64,000 bases of DNA, from assembly GCA_016794005.1 (NCBI GenBank), contig JAEUKY010000016.1:27589-91588 (forward strand), written 5' to 3'. The notes beneath the pieces were generated by a model. The model did not search any database. It was not told where the DNA came from and saw nothing but the letters and a program-made list of their open reading frames with translations. This document shows, one piece after another, positions 54,858-62,768 of this stretch. Made by a program: the position numbers and the translations under genes. The stretch is from Rhodospirillales bacterium. Its GTDB lineage: Bacteria > Pseudomonadota > Alphaproteobacteria > CACIAM-22H2. The first letter of the stretch is position 1. Each line of letters opens with the position of its first letter.

Positions 54858-57800
54858 CGGGCCATCTCCGTGCGCCGTGCCTCGAGGAAAGTGCGGATCC
54901 GTTCGAATGCCTCGCGCACGAGATTACCGACTTCGGCGGCGGCGGCAACATCGCCGGCGCGCGCATGCGCCTCGATGCGCGCGCATGCGGCTTCCAGCCC
55001 GCCCGCCCCGACGCTGGCGGCCGCTCCCTTGACGGCATGCGCGGCGGCGGCGGTCTCCGCCCGATCGCCGGCGGCGAGCGCCGCGTCGAGCCGCGCGACC
55101 GACGGCGGCAGCTTGGCGACGAAATCGGCGAGCACCTCGACGAGGGTGGCCGGATCGTCGTCGCCGAGGATCGCGGCCAGCCGGTCGAACGAGACCGGCG
55201 GCGGGGCGGTGGCGTCGGCGGGCGCGGATTCCCGCCCGGCCGTCTGGGCGGGAACGGGCGCGCAGCGCGCATGTTCGGGCATGAAGGCGGCGATCGCGCG
55301 GCCAAGGCGGTCGAGGCTTGCGGGCTTGGCGAGGAAATCGTCCATGCCGGCGGCCCGGCAGCGCTGGTCCTCGCCCTGCAGCGCGTTCGCGGTCAATGCC
55401 ACGACCGGCGTGCGCGGGCGCGCGGGGTCGGCCGCCTCGGCCGCACGGATCGACCGGACGAGCTCGATCCCGTCCATGCGCGGCATGTGCATGTCGGTCA
55501 GCACCAGCGCATAGCGGTTGGCGTGCCAGGCGGCGAGCGCCTCCATCCCGTCCTCGGCAAGGTCGCAGGCGTAGCCGAGCTTGGCGAGCTGGCGGCGGAT
55601 CACGGTCCGGTTCGTGTCCTGGTCCTCGGCGACGAGCACGACGAGCCCGGCGAGGCGCGCACCCTGCGGATCGCCGGCGAAGGCGCTGGCCATGAAGCTG
55701 CCGGCCGTGTCGCCGACGGCGAGGGTCTCGGGACTGGCGATGCCCAGCGCCACGCCGACGGCGCGCAGCAGGGCCGCGCGCCGGGGCGGCCGCAGGATCG
55801 CGGCGGAATGGGACCCGGCGGCACGCAGGCGGCGGCGGGTCGCGTCGTCGCCCGCCAGCAGCACGGACCGCGATCCTGGAACGCCGGCGGCGGGCGCGCG
55901 GTCGTCGACGATCGCGCAGTCGGCGGCACCGGCGACGGCCGGATCGTCGGTCCGCACGACGGCGGCGCTCGCCGCCTCGAGATAGGTCGCCAGCGTGTCG
56001 CCCAGCACCGCGTCGGCGACGACGAGCGCCACGCGCCGGCCTGAAAGATCGATTGCCGGTTCGGCGTCGCCGGCCGGCGCCGTTTCGAGCGACAGGCGCA
56101 CCCAGAACGTCGAACCCGAGCCGGGCTGGCTGTCGACGCCGATCTCGCCGCCCATCGCCTCGACCAGCCGGCGCGCGATGGAAAGGCCGAGGCCCGTCCC
56201 GCCGAAACGCCGGCGGGTCGATTCTTCGGCCTGCTCGAACGGGGCGAACAGGCGCTTGCGTGCGGCTTCGGCGATGCCGATACCGGTGTCGGCGACCTCG
56301 ATCTGCATGTCGATGCGGCCTTCGCGCACGCCGCGCACGCGCATCGCCAGCGACACGCGGCCGGCCTCGGTGAACTTGATCGCGTTGCCCGCGAGATTTA
56401 CCAGGATCTGGCGCAGCCGCACGGGATCGCCCCACACGCGCGCGGGCAGACGCGGATCGACGAAGCAGTCGAGTTCGAGCCCCTTGCGGCGCGCGCCGGC
56501 CGCGAACAGCTCGGCGACCGCCTCGATCTCGCCGCCCGGATCGACCGGAACGCGTTCGAGGTCGAGCCTGCCCGCCTCGATCTTGGAGAAATCGAGCACG
56601 TCGTCGAGAATCGCCAGCAATGCTCGCGCCGACCGGTCGATCAGCTCGGCCATCTCGCGCTGTTCGGCGTCGAGTTCGGTCTGCCGCATCAGTTCGGCGA
56701 GACCGAGGATGCCGTTCATCGGCGTGCGGATCTCGTGGCTCATCGTCGCGAGGAAGGCGGATTTCGCCGCGGTCGCGGTCTCGGCGTCCTCCTTGGCGGC
56801 GCGCAGCTCCGCTTCGATCTGCTTCCTTTGCGTGATGTCGGTCACGACGCGCACGTAGCCGCCGTCGGGCATGCGGTCGGTGCGTACCTCCAGCCAGCGG
56901 CCGTTGGGGCGCTGGCGCTCGTAGGTATCGGTGGCGGGCAGGTTCTCGCGGCCGGTCAGCAGGATGCGGTGGCGGATCTCCTCCTCGCGGCCGCGGAACT
57001 CGCCCTGCGCCATCTGGTAGTGGGCGATCTCGTCGAGCGTGACGCCACGCCGCATCAGCCCCTCGGGCAGGTCCAGGTAGGTCTCGAAATTGCGGTTCCA
57101 CGCGACGACGCCCATGTCGGCGCCGGTCACGACGATCGCCTGGCCCATGCTCTCGAAGGTCGCGTCGAGCACGCCCTTCTCGCGCGCCAGCGCCTCCTCG
57201 AACTCCTTGCGCTCGGTCGCGTCGGTATAGGTGCGCACGTACATGCCCGTGGGGGTGCGCGTGGTGCGCACCTCGATCCAGCGGCCGTCCGACATGCGCC
57301 GCTCGGAGAAGGGCGACAGCGACACGTTGCCCTCGCGAAGGTCCTGCGCCCAGCGCTTGGGCAGTTCGGAATCGGCGAAGGAGCCGGCGGCGATCTGCTT
57401 CTCTAGGATGTCGACCATCGGCATGCCGCGCCGGATCGAGCCCTGCGGCAGGCCGATCAGGTCGTAGAAGCGTGCGTTCCACGCGACGGGCAGAAGCTTG
57501 GGATCGAGCAGCAGCACGCCCTGGGCCATGTTCTCGAGCGTGGCGTCGAGGAAGGCGCGCTCCTCTTCGCGCTCGGCCTGCAGGCGCTTGGCGTCGGTGA
57601 TGTCGGTGTAGGTGCGCACGTACATGCCGGCGGGCGTGCGGGTCGTGCGCACCTCGATCCAGCGCCCGTCGGCGAGCCGCCGTTCGGAGAGCGGATCGAC
57701 CGCGCTGTAGCCCGCGCGCCGGCGCGCCAGCCAGCCGCGCGCCATCTCCATGTCGGCGAAGGCGCCGGCCGCGATCTGCAACTCGAGGATCTCGACCATC

Positions 57801-59170
57801 GACAGGCCGCGGCGCATGGCCGACGGCGGCAGGCCGATGAACTCGCACATCCGCCGGTTCCATGCGAATGCCCTGAGGTCGGCGTCCATCAGCAGCACGC
57901 CCTGGGCCATGTTCTCGAACGTCGCGTCGAGGAACGTGCGCTGCTCCTCGTACGCGGCGTCGGCCTCGCGCTGCTCGCGGCGCAGGCGTTCGTTCTCGGC
58001 CACGCTTTCGGCGACGGTCTTCAGCGATCGGGCGAGGCTGCCGATCTCGTCGCGCCTCGACGCGTCGGGAAGGTCGACGCTTTCCTTGCGCGCCACGCGG
58101 CCCATCGCGTCGGTCAGCCGCAGCAGCGGGCCGACGACGCGCCGGCGCACGAAGACGCCGATGGCCACGACCGTGGCGAGGATCGCGGCGACCAGAAGGC
58201 CGATCCGCACGAGTGCGGCACGGGCAGCGGCGCGCTGGGCGTCGGCGCGCGTCGCGGCGGCATCCAGCGCCGCGTCGCGCACGTCGAGGATGCTGCGCAT
58301 CGCCGGCACGTAGCGTTCGACGAATGCGCCGGCCGCGACCGGGTACGCGCCGCCGCCGCGCCCGGCGGCCGCCAGTTCCTCGACCAGCGCCATCGCGCCG
58401 TCGAGATAGCCGGCGCGCATCCGAGCGAGGGGGGCCGCCATGTCGGGCATCCCGGCGGTCTCGCCGGCGCGCGCGAGCTGCTGGGCAAGGGCGGAAATGC
58501 GCCCGCGCAGCCGTTCGATGGCGAAGGATTCCGTCTCGACCAGCGGCACGCGCCGCGCGAGCGGGGCGGAAAACACGCTGCCGAGCTGGCCCGCGAACTC
58601 GCGCGTCTCGGCCGCGAGCCGCGCCACGGTGGCGATCTTCAGCAGGTCGGAATCCGCCCGGCCGACAGCGGCCTCGGCCTCGTCCACGATCGGGGCAAGA
58701 TCGAGGGCGAGCGTCACGAGCCGTGCGACGATTTCGCGGATCGCGTCGGTCGACCGGTCGGCGATCGGGCGGGCGGCAAGCGCGTCGGCATCGCCGCGCG
58801 CGCGGGCGAGCCGCGCGCGGATGTCGCGCGAAAGGGCGGGCAGGTCCCGGCGGAGGCCGGCGGCCGAACCGGCAAGCTCGTGGTCCATCGCGTCGAAGGC
58901 GGCGTCGGTCTCGGCGCGGGCGCGGTCGAGGCGGGCGCGCCATTCGGGGGCTGCGGCCGCGTCGGCACCGAAGGTCGCGTTCGTCGGGCCGCGCTCGACC
59001 GAGATCTTCTCCATCGCGCGCAGCACGCTGGCGAAGGTCCGCGTGGCATCGATGCCCGCGACGCTGCGGCCATAGTCGCGCCATTGGTGGAGGATCACCG
59101 ACCCCGCAAGAATTGCCGTCGCCAGCATCGCGACGGCAAGCGCCACCATGAACTTCCGTTCCAGCCGCAT
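54854..59170 (-). CDS. Large hybrid sensor histidine kinase: TM/periplasmic sensor, HAMP, three tandem PAS domains, HisKA-HATPase, two receiver domains and a C-terminal HPt domain.
   Basis: H-box SHEIRTPMNGILG, G-box GGTGLGLSI, receiver LVAEDQDTNR...LTDMHMPRMDG, C-terminal HPt (AHAVKGAAASVG). About 1438 aa from the MRLERKF start; an alternative start is MRTRGAM at 59188. Confidence 0.85.
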   Translation of the reverse strand: MRLERKFMVALAVAMLATAILAGSVILHQWRDYGRSVAGIDATRTFASVLRAMEKISVERGPTNATFGADAAAAPEWRARLDRARAETDAAFDAMDHELAGSAAGLRRDLPALSRDIRARLARARGDADALAARPIADRSTDAIREIVARLVTLALDLAPIVDEAEAAVGRADSDLLKIATVARLAAETREFAGQLGSVFSAPLARRVPLVETESFAIERLRGRISALAQQLARAGETAGMPDMAAPLARMRAGYLDGAMALVEELAAAGRGGGAYPVAAGAFVERYVPAMRSILDVRDAALDAAATRADAQRAAARAALVRIGLLVAAILATVVAIGVFVRRRVVGPLLRLTDAMGRVARKESVDLPDASRRDEIGSLARSLKTVAESVAENERLRREQREADAAYEEQRTFLDATFENMAQGVLLMDADLRAFAWNRRMCEFIGLPPSAMRRGLSMVEILELQIAAGAFADMEMARGWLARRRAGYSAVDPLSERRLADGRWIEVRTTRTPAGMYVRTYTDITDAKRLQAEREEERAFLDATLENMAQGVLLLDPKLLPVAWNARFYDLIGLPQGSIRRGMPMVDILEKQIAAGSFADSELPKRWAQDLREGNVSLSPFSERRMSDGRWIEVRTTRTPTGMYVRTYTDATERKEFEEALAREKGVLDATFESMGQAIVVTGADMGVVAWNRNFETYLDLPEGLMRRGVTLDEIAHYQMAQGEFRGREEEIRHRILLTGRENLPATDTYERQRPNGRWLEVRTDRMPDGGYVRVVTDITQRKQIEAELRAAKEDAETATAAKSAFLATMSHEIRTPMNGILGLAELMRQTELDAEQREMAELIDRSARALLAILDDVLDFSKIEAGRLDLERVPVDPGGEIEAVAELFAAGARRKGLELDCFVDPRLPARVWGDPVRLRQILVNLAGNAIKFTEAGRVSLAMRVRGVREGRIDMQIEVADTGIGIAEAARKRLFAPFEQAEESTRRRFGGTGLGLSIARRLVEAMGGEIGVDSQPGSGSTFWVRLSLETAPAGDAEPAIDLSGRRVALVVADAVLGDTLATYLEAASAAVVRTDDPAVAGAADCAIVDDRAPAAGVPGSRSVLLAGDDATRRRLRAAGSHSAAILRPPRRAALLRAVGVALGIASPETLAVGDTAGSFMASAFAGDPQGARLAGLVVLVAEDQDTNRTVIRRQLAKLGYACDLAEDGMEALAAWHANRYALVLTDMHMPRMDGIELVRSIRAAEAADPARPRTPVVALTANALQGEDQRCRAAGMDDFLAKPASLDRLGRAIAAFMPEHARCAPVPAQTAGRESAPADATAPPPVSFDRLAAILGDDDPATLVEVLADFVAKLPPSVARLDAALAAGDRAETAAAAHAVKGAAASVGAGGLEAACARIEAHARAGDVAAAAEVGNLVREAFERIRTFLEARRTEMAR
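56620..57965 (-). repeat. Three tandem PAS-domain coding repeats of about 380 bp inside the kinase gene. Two are 80-90% identical at the DNA level.
   Basis: DNA segments around 57222-57330 and 57605-57715 (gtcggtRtaggtgcgcacgtacatgcc...gtgcgcacctcgatccagcg) and around 57510-57570 and 57892-57950 (cagcagcacgccctgggccatgttctcga) are near-identical. Protein repeats end RWIEVRTTRTP[AT]GMYVRTYTD. Confidence 0.7.
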
Positions 59171-59327
59171 TGCCCCCCGCGTGCGCATCGCCGCGGGGCA
59201 TTTTCCCCGCAAGTCAACAGGATAGGCGAAGGTCGGGGGCGCGCGCACGGGCTTTCGCACGGCCGGCCCGGGGGAGCGTTGCCGTGCGCTTCGTCTGAAA
59301 GGCACGCTTCGCCGGAATTCCCTCACC

Positions 59328-59342
59328 ATTGTCTAAATTGTC
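59328..59342. promoter_or_regulatory. Direct repeat ATTGTC-taaa-ATTGTC in the divergent kinase/GNAT intergenic region.
   Basis: The 6-mers are spaced one helical turn apart in a locally AT-rich stretch. Candidate response-regulator half-sites or a promoter element. Confidence 0.25.
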
Positions 59343-59467
59343 GTTCATCAGACGCTCTGCTGCTGGCCTATCCGGCCGCAAAGTCTTGTGGATATCCCCA
59401 TTGCGACAGGCAGTTGGCGAACGGTTGCCCCGTGCACCCCTCCGGCCACTTCGCCATTAATTGCGTG

Positions 59468-59484
59468 TTCCAGAAGTTGGAACG
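59468..59484. promoter_or_regulatory. Palindrome GTTCCA-gaagt-TGGAAC 39 nt upstream of the GNAT gene start.
   Basis: Perfect 6-bp arms with a 5-nt spacer, read directly. A GGAGG RBS follows at 59511-59515. Confidence 0.35.
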
Positions 59485-59522
59485 GAAACGCGATTGCCAC
59501 CGCAAAATAATCGGAGGACCAC

Positions 59523-60200
59523 ATGCTCTCGATCAACGACGTGCTGCAGTGCCGGAACTACGTTGCCGACCAGATCCACTATCTCTCGGGCATCGGCCTG
59601 CGCCTGACTGTCAACGCGCACCTGTCGGAATGGGCGCAGTTCCTGAAGTCCGCGCCGGAGAATATCGGCGTCAACCCGGCCTACGATCCCGAATTCTGCG
59701 ACCTGCATCCGGGCAACAGCTTCTGGCTGTCGCTCAGCGACACGAACGGCGAGATCGTCGCCACGATCGCGCACAAGTACCTCGTCTCGGAGAACTATCT
59801 CGCCGCGTTCGTCGGGAACCGCATGTGGTGGGGCCGGCATCCGAAGCTGGAAAGCACGACCGAGTGGTCGCCCGAGCTGCTCGGTTCGAACCTGCTCATC
59901 GCGGGGCGGATCGGCCATCACGGCGGACTGTGGATCCATCCCAACTGGCGCAAGCACGGGCTTGCCGGACGGGTCATGCGGACGTGCCGCGCCGTGGCGC
60001 TGCCGCACTTCGAGCTCGACTGGATGGTCGGGACGGTCTTCCAGAACCTCTACGAGAAGCAGTACCCGACGCGCATCTACGGCTACGCGGGCACGCTGAA
60101 GGTCGTCAGCGGCTATTTCGAGGAGACGCAGACGAAGGAGACGGTCTACCTGGAGTACATCTCGCGCGCCGAGATGCTGCGCCAGTTCGTCACGCCTTGA
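59523..60200 (+). CDS. GNAT-fold acyltransferase-like protein (uncharacterised; possibly an N-acyl amino-acid synthase or acyltransferase).
   Basis: Strong RBS GGAGG; GC3-rich; acetyl/acyl-CoA motif-A-like segment HGGLWIHPNWRKHGLAGRVMRTC; 225 aa. No LuxI signature residues. Confidence 0.55.
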   Translation: MLSINDVLQCRNYVADQIHYLSGIGLRLTVNAHLSEWAQFLKSAPENIGVNPAYDPEFCDLHPGNSFWLSLSDTNGEIVATIAHKYLVSENYLAAFVGNRMWWGRHPKLESTTEWSPELLGSNLLIAGRIGHHGGLWIHPNWRKHGLAGRVMRTCRAVALPHFELDWMVGTVFQNLYEKQYPTRIYGYAGTLKVVSGYFEETQTKETVYLEYISRAEMLRQFVTP

Positions 60201-60735
60201 CGTAGGCGAGGCTCTCGTAGAGCGCCGGCTTCTTGTAGACGACGGACGAGACGAGGTGGTCGATGCTCCCGCTGTCGAGCGACAGCGGGAGCAGAAGCCG
60301 GTACATGTCGCGCTGCTCGCCCTTCACGCTCCAGGTGATCTCCTGGAAATTGGGAACGCCGGTCACCTTGCAGGTCAGGTACTCCGCCTGCACCCACTTG
60401 GACAGGACCTTCGGCAGATCCTTGACGCACACGTCGCGGGCGAAGTTGTCGCCCGAAATGAGGTGGCTGCCCCACAGCTTGGAACGGAACCGGCCGGGAT
60501 CGTCGGCCGTCACGTCGACGAGCGTGGTGAAGCCGATATTGCCGGTGCGCGCCAGCGCGTCGAACAGCGCCTCGCGGCCGAGATTGGGCCGGCGCAGCGT
60601 CGCGTGCCATTCGTCGAGCAGCAGGGACAGGCGTTTCGCCTGCGGAAACATGTCCGGGCGCTTGTGCGACCACCGGTGTATGTGGTCGGCATTGCAGGTG
60701 AACGTGACGTCGTCTTCTTCGAGCAACTCGACCAT
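60190..60735 (-). CDS. Small standalone PAS-like protein (PAS_5-like), 181 aa.
   Basis: Start MVELLEEDDV with a GGAGG RBS. C-terminal half (FQEITWSVKGEQRDMYRLLLPLSLDSGSIDHLVSSVV) has the PAS beta-sheet pattern. Its 3' end overlaps the GNAT gene 3' end by 11 nt. Confidence 0.55.
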   Translation of the reverse strand: MVELLEEDDVTFTCNADHIHRWSHKRPDMFPQAKRLSLLLDEWHATLRRPNLGREALFDALARTGNIGFTTLVDVTADDPGRFRSKLWGSHLISGDNFARDVCVKDLPKVLSKWVQAEYLTCKVTGVPNFQEITWSVKGEQRDMYRLLLPLSLDSGSIDHLVSSVVYKKPALYESLAYVKA

Positions 60736-60853
60736 GCCGGTGCCTCCGCCGCCGCCCGCGACAAGATGCAGATTGGTGTACACCTTATCCCGAAATCGCC
60801 GGCGATGACAAATGCAGGCGGCGTCCCGCGCGCCGGAAAAATCGTAAATCAGA

Positions 60854-61438
60854 TTAACGAATATCCGCGGCGGCCGCGTCACGCAAATTTGACGGCGCCC
60901 GGTTGGCCCCGCTTGTGTGTTCGGCGAGCTCCGGCAACCAGCCATTGCGTTCGATCTCGCAGCCCAGCGCGTCGCGCACCTCGCCGTGCGTCAGGCCGCG
61001 CCGGCGCCAGTTGCGCCGCTTGGTCTCCAGCAAGCCGAGGCGGATCGACCACACCGTCCCGAAAATCCGGCCGAGATAGGCGGCAAGCACGCCCGACAGG
61101 CCGGGGGCGAGCCCGCCGGTCGACACGGTCAGCGTCAATGCGCCCCGGCGGACGACCGCGGGCGTGTGGAAGTCGCACAGCTCCGTCACGTCCTCGACAT
61201 TGACGAGCCGGCCGGCCGCGCGCGCCCTTTGCGCGACGGCACGCGCGTCCGCCGGCGGCATGTCGGCGACGTAGATCAGGTCGAAGGCCGCCACGTCGGC
61301 GTCCGCCGGGTCGCCGGCGATCCGCGTCACGTCGGCGGCACCGCCCTCGCGCAGCAGGGCAAGCCGGCGCGCGGCGCGGGGGCCTTCGCCGAAAAGCGCG
61401 ATGCGAAGGCGGCTGGCGTCGAGGACGATCGGGAGCAT
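60854..61438 (-). CDS. Standalone siroheme-synthase N-terminal-domain protein (precorrin-2 dehydrogenase / sirohydrochlorin ferrochelatase, Met8/SirC-like).
   Basis: MLPIVLDASRLRIALFGEGPRAARR and LTLTVSTGGLAPGLSGVLA mirror the CysG N-terminus (compare MRHFPIFLDLRDRSVVVFG at 29742). 194 aa, no methyltransferase domain. Confidence 0.65.
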   Translation of the reverse strand: MLPIVLDASRLRIALFGEGPRAARRLALLREGGAADVTRIAGDPADADVAAFDLIYVADMPPADARAVAQRARAAGRLVNVEDVTELCDFHTPAVVRRGALTLTVSTGGLAPGLSGVLAAYLGRIFGTVWSIRLGLLETKRRNWRRRGLTHGEVRDALGCEIERNGWLPELAEHTSGANRAPSNLRDAAAADIR

Positions 61439-61566
61439 GACGAAGGGACCGTGCGGATCGGGTTCCGGAGGCCCCGAATATCCGTCCACCCGGCCGGGCG
61501 CGGAACTGAGGAAAACTTGGCCCGAGCGCAAGAACTTCTGATTCGGCCGGTGGCGGCGGCGGGTCT

Positions 61567-62073
61567 ATGGATGGCGTCATGCAGACGCTCGCCGACATTC
61601 CCGCTGCCTTCGCCGTCCGCGACGCCTTCTCGGCCGACGAGATCGGCTGGGTCGGTGCCGATGCCGACGTGCAGGCCGTCCTGCTCGGCACGCGCGAGGG
61701 GCCGCTGGCGGATGCCCATGCGAAGATCGCCTCGCTGGGCAAGGTGGCGGCGCATCCGCGGCTCGTCGGGACGGCGGCGCAGGCGCGCATCGCGCAGTCG
61801 GCCTACTGGCGCGGCTGGGACGGCACGCAACCGCTGCTGGCGGGTACGGACGGCCAGGTCGCGATCGTGTTCCTGGGTTGGCGCGGCGGGATCGGCGCCG
61901 TCGATGCCGCCCTCGGGCGCGTCATGTCCGGCCCGGCGCACGAATTCGCCGGTCTTGCCGCGAAGGGCGGGGCCGCCTGCGGCCCGTTCCTCGTCGTGCG
62001 CTATGCCGCCGACGGCGACGACGTGCCCGTCCTTGCCGACGACTGCCTCTGGCAGTCGGCTTGGTGCGTCTAG
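61567..62073 (+). CDS. Hypothetical protein, 168 aa, with two similar Gly-rich halves.
   Basis: GC3-rich codon usage typical of the genome. Internal similarity VQAVLLGTREGP versus VAIVFLGWRGGI. No family recognised. Confidence 0.45.
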   Translation: MDGVMQTLADIPAAFAVRDAFSADEIGWVGADADVQAVLLGTREGPLADAHAKIASLGKVAAHPRLVGTAAQARIAQSAYWRGWDGTQPLLAGTDGQVAIVFLGWRGGIGAVDAALGRVMSGPAHEFAGLAAKGGAACGPFLVVRYAADGDDVPVLADDCLWQSAWCV

Positions 62074-62228
62074 GCAATTTTTCTTTACAATCTGAACTTG
62101 TTTTTCCACTGTCGAGACAGCGAAAGCGTGCTGTTTGACAAGTGAAGACGATGTATGACGAAGGTGCGATTTAGGTTACCTCCGTTGCGTTTCAACGGGA
62201 TAAACAGGTTACCGCAACCTGTCGTAAC
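62074..62228. other. AT-rich (about 45% GC) structured intergenic island between convergent genes, carrying repeated AGGTTACC motifs and two hairpins.
   Basis: AGGTTACC at 62173-62180 and 62207-62214; hairpin CCGTTG-cgttt-CAACGG at 62182-62198; AGGTTAC-N11-GTAACCT at 62207-62231, overlapping the DUF934 stop codon; T-runs at 62083-62105. Confidence 0.6.
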
Positions 62229-62768
62229 CTAATTCGACGCAAGCCTTCTCGACGTGCGCTGCCAGCCGCGCAGACCTGCGGCGGACTCGCCGATCTCGTT
62301 CGAAGCCGGCTGGTAATGGCGGTGGACGCCGACGATGCGTCCTTCCTTCAGGGTGGCCACCGTTCCGGCGTGCGCGATCTCCAGCGCGTCGAAGCCCGCG
62401 CGCAGCATGAACAGCACCTGATCGCGCAGCACGTCCCCCGATGCGCGCAGTTCGCCGCGGAAACCCAGCCGGTCGCGCAGGATGCGCGCGGTCGAATAGT
62501 TCCGCCCGTCGGCATAGCGCGCGAAGCGCAGCACGATCAGGCCGAAGCGCGGCACGTCGTCCTCGATGTCGGCAAGGCTCTCGCCGGACTCGAGCACGAC
62601 GCCGATCGGGCCGTTGCGGCCGGCCAGTGCGGCGCGCTCGGCGAGGAAGCGCGCCTTGGGCAGGGCGACCTTGCCGTCGGCCGGGACCGGTTCGCCGGCG
62701 GCCGGAAACCGCCAGTCGTCGGCGGCGAAGGCGCCGGCGCGCCACAGGGCCGTTTCAGGCGTCGGCAT
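62229..62768 (-). CDS. DUF934-family protein, commonly encoded between cysI and cysH in sulfate-assimilation operons.
   Basis: 179 aa starting MPTPETALW, 8 nt after the cysI stop. Conserved DUF934 context (VLRFARYADGRNYSTARIL). It is the C-terminal part of the 366-aa ORF. Confidence 0.65.
   Translation of the reverse strand: MPTPETALWRAGAFAADDWRFPAAGEPVPADGKVALPKARFLAERAALAGRNGPIGVVLESGESLADIEDDVPRFGLIVLRFARYADGRNYSTARILRDRLGFRGELRASGDVLRDQVLFMLRAGFDALEIAHAGTVATLKEGRIVGVHRHYQPASNEIGESAAGLRGWQRTSRRLASN

Noticed and set aside
52744-55305. 853-aa ORF extending the aminotransferase upstream.
   Set aside because: The extension is low-complexity and Pro/Arg-rich, and it overlaps the response-regulator and kinase genes in another frame. 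A proper ATG (MNDRESRV) at 54081 yields a normal 445-aa class III aminotransferase.
54924-59201. 1425-aa Arg-rich minus-strand ORF.
   Set aside because: It is an alternate frame of the hybrid kinase gene. Its composition (R, G, A, P dominated) is typical of out-of-frame GC-rich sequence, and it has no recognisable domains.
59348-59536. 62-aa antisense ORF in the kinase/GNAT intergenic region.
   Set aside because: Low GC3 and atypical codon usage for this genome. It overlaps the GNAT RBS and start. Probably non-coding.
62209-62745. 178-aa Arg-rich minus-strand ORF overlapping the DUF934 gene.
   Set aside because: Alternate-frame shadow (RRRR-rich). The DUF934 frame gives a conserved, coherent protein.
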